Shown here piece after piece: positions 50,370 through 63,544 of a DNA stretch of 64,000 bases. The notes beneath the pieces were generated by a model. The model worked only from the letters and a program-made list of their open reading frames with translations, had not been told where the DNA came from and made no database searches. This DNA is from Mytilus californianus (lineage: Eukaryota). The DNA lies in NCBI RefSeq assembly GCF_021869535.1, contig NW_026262700.1:620001-684000 (forward strand), given 5' to 3'. Both the position numbers and the translations under genes were made by a program. Each line of letters begins with the position of its first letter. The first letter of the stretch is position 1.

Positions 50370-50650
50370 TGACAATAAGATGAACCTTCGAAAAAGAGAA
50401 CTTGCGCATTCCAATTTAGTGCCCCTTTTTACATCTAAAAGAATACCCATCTGCGGCTCTCTCTCTTTTATAGACACTTGTGGTAGCACCACATTTACAC
50501 ACGATAATACTTGCTATAAACCCATTATCCCTCAGCCAGCGGAAAAGCACTTCACCAAAAGAAAGGCACATATTACTGAAACTCCATGGATTGCTACAAT
50601 CACAAAAAATTATATCCTGTGCATTTAGAATGGTAGCTCCCGTCTCCATA
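50370..50650 (-). pseudogene. Merlin/ISXO2-like transposase N-terminal remnant
   Basis: FRWLRDNGFIAS..VCKCG...RERAADGYSFRCKKGH followed by MRKFSFFEGS. Confidence 0.6.
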
Positions 50651-51447
50651 TCGCTTACGACGACCTACTCAGGATTAGTAGATAAAACGAGTGTTTTAAT
50701 AGAATAGTTTCTGGGGTAAATTTTAGGATCAGTATTTAAGACAGTGTTTTAATTGTTTTTGATGACATGAGGCAGTGTTATTATAGTTTTGCAGTGAGTA
50801 AGTAAATGATAATTTATAAAATAGACCTGAAAAACAATAAATTCTTTTATATTTCACTGTCTAACAGTTTTTTTGAGACGAGTATTAAAAACAAGTGGCT
50901 AGGAATTTTAGGGGGAAATCATGAAAAATTATGTTTTCTTCGAAATGAAATCTTTATTATATTCCACTCAAACATAAAGTACGTCAACAGCCTCATCAGG
51001 TACAGAATTTCAAATGTCCCCCAAATTTTAAATGAGGGGGGGGGGGGGGGGAATGAGGATATAGTCATTATTGCAATCATTTGTACCAAATTCAACTTGA
51101 TTATTCTGACTGTAATTTAATTGTCAATAAAATATATTAAAAAACTCCTATAGATAACAGGATCTGTAAGAACTGTTATATAAATTTGGTTGAAGATGAG
51201 TTTCATTTTTTATTAGACTGTCCAAAATTTTCTCATTTAAGGAAGGAGTAAGTCTACAACTGTTTAAATAAAAACATTACAAATACCACAAATACTAATT
51301 ATCAGTTTATGCGGTTGTTAAGTAATGAAGACACTGATGTATGCAAAAGAATAGCTAAGTACCTAAACATGTGTTTTTTTTTTTTACTTAGAATAAAAGT
51401 GTGAAATTTTTATTTGCTATTTATAATGTACTTATCTTTTAACACTA

Positions 51448-51865
51448 CCCCCAAGGGTGACTGGGGAATAGAAGTATGGTCACCATTGGTCTTCCTCCGA
51501 CCGGCAGTAAAACCCTTGCTAAAGTGGGGCGTCCGTTTGGCTGTGCGGGATGTACAAATTTGCAGCCACGTCCGGTCAGAATGGGGACGTTAAATCCGAT
51601 GCCTCGTGTAAAGAGAGTGCCACGCTCTTTGCACGTTAAGAACCCTTGCAACAACTCTTTGAGGGGTCCGTAGGTGACCTGTTGCAAGGCAAAATTTCTG
51701 TCCCTATCCAATATACCCTCATTTCCCGTGGCAGTCTAAATTTCTCCGACCTTAATCCCTTAATCTATTACAGAACCTACCTATTGTATTTATTGTGAAC
51801 TTGTTCTCGTCCTGAATATGCATGAAATATTTGCCACTGGACGTTAAGCAACCAACAATCAATCA
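51448..51865 (+). mobile_element. SINE-like family copy, full length, young
   Basis: TSD atcttttaacacta at 51434-51447 and 51866-51879. Confidence 0.96.
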
Positions 51866-53139
51866 ATCTTTTAACACTAGAGTTACTCCCCTTGGAATAC
51901 ATAATATTTTGATACTTGTGTAGTATTAAATTTAGTTAGATAGTTTAAATGTTATTCTTTGTTTTATCTATGCTATTAATGATTATGTTCATAATTGAGC
52001 TTTCTTTAATAAAATATGTCGTATTTCGTATATTTGATGTTTGCTTTTATTATTAACGATGAATTTATTTTCCATTACCTGTGTGCCGTACAAAAATGAA
52101 TTGACACTTATTGTCCAGTGACTTGGTGTAATACATTCTTGCGGCAGGTATATAATTACGAAATTCCCTAGATTATGCTTGATTAATGTTACTTTGGCTC
52201 TCTTTTGACGGGCCGTAGAGGAATTAATGTATGGCAGTGCGGGATGTACAGAAATAAAATTATTTTTTTTAAATTCTAAAGACAATTTAATTTAATTGTT
52301 TGTTGCGGAGATATATGTACTATAAAATATGTTTCATTTGCAATGATAACACCACTTTTTATTTCTGTACCTATATCAAGTGACAGTATGGTAAAAAAAA
52401 AATAAACAAGAATTACATATGTCCCAATTTTTGTTATTTCTATTTTGATACGAAAAGATTTAATCATATGCGTTATTCCGTATGACGTTCATTTCTTTTC
52501 TGTAAAGTATCTTCTCTATTTCTTTTTCTTTATCTGTCATGAACTCGGTAACTGAAACAAAAATAACATCATATAAATGCAGAATAATGATCTTCTTTCT
52601 CCTATATAGGCTCATAACAGGAATACTCATACAACTGAATATACAAAATGAACCAGCACTTTCTTTTACTTCACAGGAAAAAAAAATGTTATTTACTTTA
52701 AACAAATTAATATATGAGCTGCGTCGGATAGAAATCGACCTTATGCAAGTGCACGTTGACATGTACATGTGTAAGACTATGATTGATTATATAACATACA
52801 AATACGAAATAAAAGATGAATTTTGAACTGCTTTGTAGGGTTCTTATGACAACTCAATTTCCAAACAGTTACAGGCTTTCCGTGGAGATTTTTTCAACCC
52901 GAAATAGGTTTACAGATGTATTCGAATTCATTTGCATAAGGTCGATTTCTATCCGACACAGCTCATATGTAATACTATATTTAAAAAGTTGAAAAATCAC
53001 ATATGGAACATTATTTCTTTATGGGGTTGTTGTTATATGAAACTATATGTCTTCAGTAAAACAAAAGATTGTAAGTTGACGAACAAAGAAATATCATACT
53101 TTCGTAACACCAACCCCAGTAAACAGTGTAACCACAAGA

Positions 53140-53900
53140 ACGTGTTTAAAAAGTTATACTCACTTGTAAAATATTTTGAACATTTCCATCCACATGTTGG
53201 TATATCTGATGTTTCACATTGTACGCAAACAAATGCCATTGGTGCGTGTTAGTACACAGTCTGTTTACAGCTCTAATGTAGTTGACTTCCTCAACTGTAG
53301 GACATGTTCCTATAAAAAAGGTCCATCTGGTACATTGTTCACAAAACAAAAAAGTACAAGTCTCTTCATGTCCTTACTTTTGCTCCATTCCTTCAGCTTT
53401 TCTTTGAATTCATTTCTAAACAGATGCTCGTCATTTTTCGCTAAACATTCCTGTTTGTCTCTAAGAAGAGTTCTAGCATTCTTTGAATTTTGATTGTTTT
53501 TTCTTTGAAGGATTGACAAATGTCGCTGATTATTGCTTTTGCTGCCATACTGTGTGGCTTTAGATTTTTTCTTCCGTGGGAATAATCTTCGCTCTCCGAC
53601 TGAGAAGAATCAGAAGGAAAATCACGCTTGGAATACTTTGGCCGTTTCCATTTCTTCTTGTGTTTATTAGTCAAACCTTTGTCACTTTAGACATATGACT
53701 GCGAACCACTTTATTATCTGGAAATTCAAAATCCAAATATCCCCATCCGTTGATACATTATCCAAGATAGGGAGGAGTTTTTATGCTTAGCAGCAATTGC
53801 TTTCCACATATCATCGTTCTGGAATATAAAGTGTAAACTGCTCATTGATCCTGTTCCTTTTCGCGTGCGCTGAAGTGGCCATTCGTTTGACTAGCAAAGA
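53140..53900 (-). pseudogene. Frameshifted coding-like remnant, unassigned (possibly DIRS gag/pol junction)
   Basis: Overlapping ORF pieces (SDSSQSESED; EHLFRNEFKEKLKEW); resemblance is weak. Confidence 0.2.
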
Positions 53901-56783
53901 AAATAGGACATATATATTCATTATTTTGATGTTATGTACAACCGTCTGGGTTTACTCTCATTGCTAATATGATGAACTCATTAATTTCTCAAGCATGTCA
54001 TTTTTCCTGCAAACAGGGATCCATGACTTGACTCGTCGATTTTTTTTCTTCCAAAATAAAATCTAAATCTTCACTTTTTGAAAAATTGCCTGTTGTGATT
54101 TGTAAGCATCATTTAAATTCATAACTGCATCTGGATGGCATCATTAAGTTGTGCAAGGTCTTATTATCCTCAATTGTTTGATATTAGGATGGCTAAGTCA
54201 TAAATTAAGCATTTTTGATACGGTATGAATTGTTTCTACGATTCGCCATCTAAAGTTGATAATTGTTTGAGTAAACCTAGTTACCTGACTAGTTTCCTCA
54301 AGGATATGCTGTTTCCCACAAAAAATAAAATAGTTGGTAAAACACGTTTGTACACAATTAGAATAGGTCGCAGCACAACCCCTCTCTTCTTTAGTGGTGG
54401 ACGCTGTGTACAGTGATTATGTAGCCCCTGTTTGCTCCTATATGTGTAATCATGAAGGTGGTATTTGTTAAAATTTTCTACAAATTTTTTGGACAAAAGG
54501 GTGAAGATTAGTACCTTTTAACACGTTTAAACCCACTGCATTTGTTTGCACCTGTCCGAAGTCAGGAACCTGATGTTCAGTGGTTGTCCTTTGTTGATGT
54601 GGTTCATAAGTGTTTCTTGTAGTTACATAGTAAAAGTTATCACTTGTCTAAACCTATATTAACTGCAGGTGCATCATTTTCTGTTATGATATTCTTTCTA
54701 TCATCAATTGGTCCAAACAGTTTAGACTTTAAATATGTCCGGTCAGCTTTGAAAATTAAAACATGAAATTAACAAATAATATTTAAAGTCTAACACACGA
54801 AATTAAATTCTTGTAATTGTTATGTTAAGGAAATTATTGAACCAATGCATGCAAATATCTTCTTATCTAAAGTCCGGAATGCACGTTTGTTGCATTCATT
54901 ATGAATCTTTATATATATATATATATATATATCCGGTGCATTTTGCTGCCACTCGACCACTAACTAAATATTCGTCTTCCTCTTTTTAAAACAGCGACAA
55001 GGGGATGTCATAGATTATCTTGTCATCCCAGTCGACGATTGCTAACAATTTGTATTGATCTATTACAAAATGTCCAGGTTGACTGTAATTTTGACAATTA
55101 ACTACTTTTTTTTCTTCAATTCATTCCATGTGCCTTAGGTATTGTCATGTCATAATCTTATTTAAATGGTAGTTGAGTTTGCTTTAGTAAAACAATTTTA
55201 TAAACACGATTCACGAGTTGATTTTTTTGTCAATCACGATTCACAGAAAATAAATTTCCATGATCACGAAAATGCGCCGATCACGAAGAACGAAAATAAC
55301 CCATCAGGCCCCTCATAAATAACCTATAAGTAATTTTTAAGTTTTCGCCTGACGCTGAAGCTTCTTTCACATTCACATGATGTTATATTTCACATTCACA
55401 TGATGTTAAAGGAAGAGTGCAAGCTATTTTCAACAGGATATGGATATTGGAAAAATTTTCCTTTACACAAAGCTTAATTACGTTTCTACATGTTGATGGT
55501 CTTTCAAAAGGTTGCATTTGATGATATTTTTCTGCAGATTTAATTATTTATTTCTTGAATGTATTTATTTAACTGGTACATCTGGTTTAGGAGTGTTTAA
55601 TCGTCCTCACTGGGGTTAAGGCCTTGTGATCTGTTCCACCACTGAATGGATTATGGCGGAACTTTTAAGATGATTTCTGATTTCTTTTGTGATGATGGTA
55701 ATGTTGAAAGGAAATAGAAAACTTTCAATGTAACAAAAATATCGAACTTATAGCATTCGAGTTGTTTTTTTTCTCTCACTCAAATATCTTACTTTTTTTT
55801 ACCACTTCTAAACAAATTTCATAGAAGGCTCGTCTCGTCATACTAGTTGTTGGACTGGTCTTTTAGGTATGTTTCATAGTAATTGTTGGACAGCATAATG
55901 AAAAAGGTAAAAGTGATGGCATTCAAAAAAATTAAATCGATCTGGATGGGTTTTTTTTTGTTGATAATCATTGTGTAAAGTTTGATAAAATTGGTGGAAA
56001 CGAATTTTAACTCAAGTTAGAGGATCATTTCATAGACTGGAGACGTGCATATATAAATTTTGAAACTTTTTGCAACTTTTCATTGGTAACTGTATATATA
56101 TATGTGCTTTAGTTTCAGGATGTGCCTGGTTTCTATGTTATGCGCAAATTGTGCTTTATTAAGTGTGTAAATTGTTTAAAGTAAGAAAGACAACACGAAG
56201 TCCTAAACATGTAACATCAACTAAGAGGGAAGCATCAAATCTTTGGAACAAGACATGATTAGTTTTAAATCTAATTATTAAATCACTTCTGTTAAAATTG
56301 CTTTAAACAATTCTGGGAGTACTTATTTTCATTTATTTTAGACATTCATACTTATAAATTCTATTACTACAAATTCAGCTAAGGCTAAATTTATATTGAT
56401 TGTAACATGTATGATGTGGATTAGGTTATGATATTTTATTGTATACATGTAGCAAATTAAAGTTCCACAGATTGTTATTACGACAACTTATGTTTCTTTG
56501 GTGTATATAAAATTTGAAAGACCAAAAATAAGAAGTTCGAAGGGTAGATAGATAGAGGGGGAAAATCAAATTCAGCTAAAGACGGAGCTTTGCATGATGA
56601 ACATAACTTCTTCGTTTTATAATCTCTGAAATATTTCTTCTTTTTAATTTCAAGCACAAGCCCTCACCACAAAAAAAAACAAAGGTGATTGAAATATTGG
56701 ACACGGAATCAGATTTCGAATGAGGACTATTTTGAAAACAAAAGAAAGCCAATATATATACAGACATGATATTAATATTCATA

Positions 56784-57181
56784 ATTGATTGTTGGTTGCT
56801 TAACGTCCAGTGGCAAATATGTCATGCATGTTCAGGACGAGAACAAGTTAACAATAAATACAATAGGTAGGTTCTGTAATAGAGGCCGTCCGGGATGAAA
56901 GTCGGGGACTGCCACGGGAAAATGAGGGTATATTGGATAAAGACAGAAATTTAGCCTTGCAACAGGCCACCTACGGACCCCTCAAAGAGTTGTTGCAAGG
57001 GTTCTTAACGTGCAAAGAACGTGGCACTCTCTTTACACGAGGCATCGGATTTAACGTCCCAATTCTGACCGGACGTGACTGCGAACTTGTACATCCCGCA
57101 CAGCCAAACGGACGCCCCACTTTAGCAAGGGTTTTACTGCCGGTCGGAGGAAGACCAATAGTGACCATACTTCTATTCCCC
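56784..57181 (-). mobile_element. SINE-like family copy lacking the first ~15 nt of the head
   Basis: Ends at ctattcccc, with a small internal deletion and no clear TSD. Confidence 0.92.
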
Positions 57182-57219
57182 AAATACATATTTGAAATAA
57201 TACATGTCTATAAAAGAGA

Positions 57220-57610
57220 ATATTTGAGGGGGTTCTAGGTGCCTTCTTTTCTCCTTTGTTGATTTGTTTTGATGGCGAACCAACTGATGCATTCTATAAT
57301 CTCTTTGAAATAATACACATCTATAGTTGCAAACTTTCCAGAGGTGCTATCCAGCCCTTAGATTTAAGTACTCCCAGGTTGCGAGCTTTTGAGTTTGAGC
57401 TGTATCTTGTGTAATTTTCTGCGTAGACTGGGACCTTGGAGATTTAGCTGGTGACTCTGGATCTACTGTTACATTTTTTCTCTTTGAGGGGGTTCTATGT
57501 GCCTTCTTTTGTGCTTTGTTGATTTGTTTTGATGGCGAACCAACTGATGCATTCTCATTGCTCTTTGTTGGTTTTCGATGTTGCACCAACTGATGCATTC
57601 TCATTGCTGT
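57220..57610. repeat. Local direct repeats in a decayed low-complexity coding-like segment
   Basis: ttgaggggttcta.gtgccttctttt...gatggcgaaccaactgatgcattct at ~57224 and ~57484, plus a third caactgatgcattct. Confidence 0.7.
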
Positions 57611-58589
57611 CCTCTATGAAGGTTATCATCTTCTTCGTTATATTCTGTTTTCATTTTGAACATGTACTTTCTGTCAGCTTCTTTGCTTATGGTTTAACAA
57701 AACGACAATGCTTTTAAAACATCGTCAACATTCTCCACCACCTTTGCCACTTCAACTTTATCGGTTAAGGAATTAATAAATATGAAGTTATTTTATGTCT
57801 AAGAAACATCTCCAGGATGGAGCATTTCTCAGGACTTCAGCAATTTCATACTCAATTTCCTTTATTTTAAATATATTCTTTGAGGCACTTGTAATTGATC
57901 TTGTAACAGTTAAAAAAGTCCATGAGAAATAATATATTCAATACAAGAAACAATGAAATATACATATTCAAAACAATTCAGTTTAAATAAATTTCAAGAC
58001 AGCACAATTTTTAGTATTGAAGAATGCAGAATTCAGGGTCATCAAATTCCAACTATAAATGATGAGGCACATCAGAAGGAGAGATCAGTTTAAGTCGTGT
58101 TTTATTGCTATAAATATCTATTTAAACATAATTGATCACATATTTTCAGGAAAGATAGCAGTAACGTTCAGATTGAGATAATAAAAAAACCTTTTATAAA
58201 CTTACTCAAAATAACTTTGCATGCACTGGTTTCTAAAAAGCACAATTTCCCTTTTTGTCCAGTTTAACTGTACTTGGACATTAGTACATTGGTAAAAATA
58301 AACCTCATTAAGCCTCTGACTACTGATGCTAAGTCTGCCCCTCCTCTTAACTTGGATAGTATAGTCATTTGAAATAAAAGAGACATTTGATCTAAAGAGT
58401 TTTATTTAAAATTCCCATTTTTAAACCACATTTTTCATAAGCAGTCCAATTGTTTGAAATTCTGAAACCCAAAATCTAAAATGCATTTCCTGAATGTGAG
58501 CTTTATATTGAAACAACAGCATTCATTTTCTACTTTTTTTTTCCTCTTTGATTATAAACTCAACCAAACTTATGATTAAAAGCATACAT

Positions 58590-59035
58590 TTGTAACACCA
58601 GTGAACCCTTTCTTACGCTGTATTGTTCACCATTCGAACCTTCCACGACAAACGAACCTGCTCCCGGCACATAATGGACCCTCATTCGTCGAGCAACAAT
58701 ATTTGCGAGACATTTAAAGCAGTTAGTTGATATGGCACATCATCTTGTTCACCTTTTGACCGACTAACAATTTCACCAGGATCACAGACGTTCCGAAATG
58801 TCTACCTCATATGGATCAACTGATGCAGACGTATGTGTCTGTTAAGGTAGTAGTTGTCGGTCCCGAATAATCCTCGCAGTATTTCACGAGAATAATAAAC
58901 TTGGAAATATTGAATGATCGATACGGCACTATATATTTCCTCTTCTTTCCATTCATTAAGTCTCTTGATGACTGTATTCATTCCCTCAGCAACGTTGTTT
59001 ATCACTTTGGAATATGGATCGTACACATTCACGGA
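58590..59035 (-). pseudogene. MULE/SWIM-type transposase C-terminal remnant
   Basis: NNVAEGMNTVIKRLNEWKE...QVYYSREILRGLFG, then VHYVPGAGSFVVEGSNGEQYSV in a shifted frame. Confidence 0.55.
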
Positions 59036-59069
59036 CTCTAAAACTCAAGGTAAACTTCATGCGAGTAGT

Positions 59070-59118
59070 AAATATTTGCCACTGGACGTTAAGCAACCAA
59101 CAATCAATCCATCAATAA
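59070..59118 (+). mobile_element. 49-bp tail-only SINE insertion
   Basis: aaatatttgccactggacgttaagcaaccaacaatcaatccatcaataa flanked by TSD gcgagtagt at 59061-59069 and 59119-59127. Confidence 0.9.
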
Positions 59119-59308
59119 GCGAGTAGTTCATCATTGAGGTAAGCATTAAAGTACTCTTCAAAAGCATTTCTCCAATTTCGTGAAAGTGTTTCGTACAAAC
59201 TTTCAAACTTAACTAGATCTTATGTTTGCATTAAAGATTTCACATCAGCAAAATTGTATAGTGCGATCTATGGAATGATGTTGACTGTCTTTTACAATCG
59301 TCTAAAAC

Positions 59309-59718
59309 CCCCAAGGGTGACTGGGGAATAGAAGTATGGTCACCATTAGTCTTCCTCCGACCGGCAGTAAAACCCTTGCTAAAGTGGGGCGTCCGTTTGG
59401 CTGTGCGAGATGTACAAATATGCAGCCACGTCCGGTCAGAATGGGGACGTTTAATCCGATGCCTCGTGTAAAGAGAGTGCCACGCTCTTTACACGTAAAT
59501 AATCCATGCAACAACTCTTTGAGGGGTCCGTAGGTGACTTGTTGCAAGACTAAATTTATCCAATATACCCTCATTTCCCGTGGCAGTCTAAATTTCTTCG
59601 ACCTTAATCCCGGACGCCCCTATTGCAGAACCTACCTAGTGTATCTATTGTTAATTTGTTCTCGTACTGAATATGCATGAAATATTTGCCACTGGACGTT
59701 AAGCAACCAACAATCAAT
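59309..59718 (+). mobile_element. SINE-like family copy, full length
   Basis: TSD caatcgtctaaaac at 59295-59308 and 59719-59732. Confidence 0.95.
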
Positions 59719-59764
59719 CAATCGTCTAAAACAAAATTTGACAAACACAAATGTTTAGAAAAAA

Positions 59765-60050
59765 GATATGGGTTGCAGTATCCTACGAGGATAATTGATA
59801 TCCAGGAGAAATTATGGATATAGTTGACAATTCATACATCGTAAAGTTTTTAAAACGAAAAAGTATGAGAGGAAATACTTTTATTTTGCCAAACAAAGAC
59901 GATATAGATAATATTAATGAAAAATTTATAATTTATTCTGATTTTGAAATATTGCCCTCTCCGGGGGCTTAGACATTGGCTCATTCCCGACATGGATGAA
60001 ATTGAAGTATTGCAAAAACACTTTGTGGAAAAATACTTTGAAAATTATTT
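59765..60050 (+). pseudogene. Tudor-like domain remnant (transposon-associated type)
   Basis: WVAVSYEDN*YPGEIMDIVDNSYIVKFL...FILPNKDD with a TGA where Trp is expected; a later frameshift lies in a G run. Confidence 0.55.
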
Positions 60051-60208
60051 GTTCAGAAAATGTTCATTTTCGATGTTTCATGTAACTGTTTTTGACATTT
60101 TATCTCGTTACTTAAATTATTCCATGTTTCACTGTTTTATACCAATTTTGGCCAAACCAACCTTTTAAAGATTCACACTACCATGACTACAGACATATTT
60201 GGAATAAA

Positions 60209-60632
60209 TGATTGATTGATTGTTGGTTGCTTAACGTCCAGTGGCAAATATTTCATGCATATTCAGGACGAGAACAAGTTCACAATAAATACAATAGGTA
60301 GGTTCTGTAATAGATTAAGGGATTATGGTCGGAGAAATTTAGACTGCCACGGGAAATGGGGGTATATTGGATAGGGACAGAAATTTAGCCTTGCAACAGG
60401 TCACCTACGGACCCCTCAAAGAGTTGTTGCAAGGGTTCTTAACGTGCAAAGAGCGTGGCACTCTCTTTACACGAGGCATCGGATTTAACGTCCCCATTCT
60501 GACCGGACGTGGCTGCAAATTTGTACATCCCGCACAGCCAAACGGACGCCCCACTTTAGCACGGGTTTTACTGCCGGTCGGAGGAAGACCAATGGTGACC
60601 ATACTTCTATTCCCCAGTCACCCTTGGGGGCA
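60209..60632 (-). mobile_element. SINE-like family copy, full length, young
   Basis: TSD atatttggaataaa at 60195-60208 and 60633-60646. Confidence 0.96.
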
Positions 60633-61415
60633 ATATTTGGAATAAACAAATTTTGTTGTTTTTCCCTGAGAGGATACACCATGTACATTTTTGAAATTAC
60701 TTGTTTTTCCCTAAAAGGATACACCATGTACATTTTAGAAATTACATGGTCTTCCTTTAAATAAACATTGTAACAAACCGGAATTTTTAAAGTATCCAAT
60801 ATATTTTGTGGAAAGTTATAGTTAATTGTTGCCATGGTAATTGACTATTAAAGGATAGCAAAACTATCATTTCCTGACTAGTAAATATATCTTTAACATT
60901 GATAAAAGAAAAAGCATGCCAAAAAGTCTCAGAAAACAAATTTGTGCAAAGATAACTTGAAAATACAAGTCTAATATATCCCTAACTAGAAGATTTGGAG
61001 ATAATTTAGGTTGTGTTAGCAAGAAATGTGGAGATTAAAGCCTCTAAAATGAGAAATGTTATCATTTTTGTATCATATATGGCAAAAGTTGTAGAAAATA
61101 TCGCTATTTTTTAAATTTGTTTTGGTCATAACTTTTGAACCGCTAAAGGTGTCTTCATATTTTAAACACCATTTTCCTTGTTTTTATGAGCTCTGTAAGT
61201 TGAAAGCATTTATATTATGGAAGGGATGTGTTAAAAAAAATCATGTGTCATACCTAAATTTATACCTCTAAATCGGGGTCAAAGGTCGGACATGAAAATT
61301 TTAAGTTTTCACCTTTTTAGCATTATGAACTAATTTGAAGCTGCGGGGTTATGAAATCGGTATTTGTTTACTTTATACAATATAATAACATTGTTTTTCA
61401 GATTGGAAATTACAT

Positions 61416-61906
61416 TCCCCCAAGGGTGACTGGGGAATAGAAGTATGGTCACCATTGGTCTTCCTCCGACCTGCAGTAAAACCCTTGCTAAAGTGGGGCG
61501 TCCGTTTGGCTGTGCGGGATGTACAAATATGCAGCCACGTCCGGTCAGAATAGGGACGTTAAATCCGATGCCTCGTGTTGAGAGAGTGCCATGCTCTTTG
61601 CACGTTAAGAACCCTTGCAACAACTCTTTGAGGGGTCCGTAGGTGACCTGTTGCAAGGCTAAATTTCTGTCCCTATCCAATATACCCTCATTTCCCGTGG
61701 CAGTCTAAATTTCTCCGACCTTAATCCCTTAATCTTATACAGAACCTACCTATTGTATTTATTGTTAATTTGTTCTCGTCCTGAATATGCATGAAATATT
61801 TGCCACTGGACGTTAAGCAACCAACAATCAACAATCAATCAATCGTCCTGAATATGCATGAAATATTTGCCACTGGACGTTAAGCAACCAACAATCAATC
61901 AATCAA
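61416..61906 (+). mobile_element. SINE-like family copy with a duplicated 3' tail
   Basis: TSD tggaaattacat. The last ~65 nt occur twice (61776-61842 and 61843-61906). Confidence 0.95.
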
Positions 61907-62239
61907 TGGAAATTACATACGCTACACGCAAGAACTGTAATTGACGTCATTTTGACCTTTCTACTCTGATATGAGTAGAACAATAATTTTTGCAAGATAT
62001 AACTGAATACGAATGAATTTGACCTTAAACCTGCTATTCTATATAGCAACTTTTGTTCTAGCATGCATCTTTAAAGAAAATAAGGATTTTTTTTAAAGAT
62101 ACAAGTATAATAGCGAGATAAATATCGATATACAAGGGTGTCAAAAGTAAAATAAAAAGTGGCCTCGTGTTTATGTAAAGCCTACCAACAACATCAAGAT
62201 CGGAGACCGTCTGGCGTTTTTTTTTTTTTTTTAATCTAT

Positions 62240-63480
62240 ATTTTTTCTTTTGTTAGATAATTTTTGTTAAACACAAACACATTCTCGACTGCAAATCTGT
62301 TTCCGTTGCAACAACAAATCAAATCATGAACAAAGTCTGATGACATATGTCGGTGAACATAATTGGGGTAGGACCATTGTAACTTTTTCCAAACGTATTG
62401 AAAGGGTGTCCTATTGTTGGCTTTTCTTGATGTCATCCACTTGTTAGTTTGTAGGCTGGCTCGTAGAACGTGTTGTTTCGATGACGATTCGTTCGGTGGA
62501 AGGCGAACAAGAGAGCAGTCTTTGCTAGTTGCAAGTCTAACACGTAGCTTGTTCAAATCGTGCTGACGTGACTTATGTTTGCCTTTTGGGTCATACAACT
62601 TAGATACAAGATTTCTTGCAACACAAAAAGAGGTGTCAATATCTGAGTTACTTAGTTGTTATAGACCCGCCAGTTCTGCAGATGAAGACTTAAAAAGCTT
62701 AAAAACAGACTTTTCTCAATGCCAAAAGAGACTTGATGTGGTGTCACAACCAGTAAGAGCATGAGCTGCTGGTAGATATTCACGTCTAATGTTTAAGGGA
62801 ACTGCACAACTCATGCACGGGGATGTATCGCCTACCATCCTTACCACTAGTGACAGAACCCATGAATAGCCATAGCTGATCTGTGTTAAGCATTCGAGGA
62901 GAGTATTGAACAGAGAGAACTAAAACATCAGTGTCAGAACATTTGACAATCGTTCCCTCTCTAACACTACACTTCTTAAATTGTTCGTCTGCATGGAGAG
63001 CATGTCAAACGAAACTTGTGTCGGCTTCCTCTTCTGTGCTGAACAAGCTTGCACAGTCAGTTATTTGATCGTATGTTATTTATTTTTTATGATTTCCTGA
63101 TTTTGGAAAATCGCTGCTATATATAATGTTTTTCCGACAGGCAGTGGATAACTGGCACAATAAAATTTCGAAATGAATTCCCCGATGAAGACGATTTGTT
63201 AATTCCTATTGTTCGCCAGGATTTTTTTTCCAATCTAGGATACTGCTTCCTTCATTTACATGATTTACCTTGTGTCCACCAGTAGCTTGAGACCGACACA
63301 CTCCATTGAATAAACCAGCTTTCTGACGTATAACAAATTACCCCTCATTACAGCTTGCTTCAACTTCTGCGGGGAGATTGAGCATAGTTGATGATCAGCT
63401 ATTTGATAGTAGTTAAGGAACTTGCTAAAAACACTGAAAGATTCATTGTAGAACACTTACTAGAGGCCGAGAAGAAACGA
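62240..63480 (-). pseudogene. FEN1/XPG-like PIN + H3TH nuclease remnant with a Cys-rich C-terminus
   Basis: Motifs in order: EEEADT..*HALHA, CSDTDVLVL, LW...RYIPVHEL, LPAAHALTGCDTTS, RLPPNE..KQHVLRASLQTNKW, LICCC. Frameshifts and stops throughout. Confidence 0.75.
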
Positions 63481-63544
63481 TATTTTTCTAGTTTTTTGTG
63501 TAGTTTTGGTATCCAATACATAGTAGGGACCTTCAAATGTTCAG

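Noticed and set aside
6332-61680. Recurrent MDRDRNLALQQ... and MVTIGLPP... ORFs as a multicopy protein family
   Set aside because: They lie wholly inside the TSD-flanked SINE on opposite strands. The longer one relies on a non-ATG start, and its C-terminus varies with the flank.
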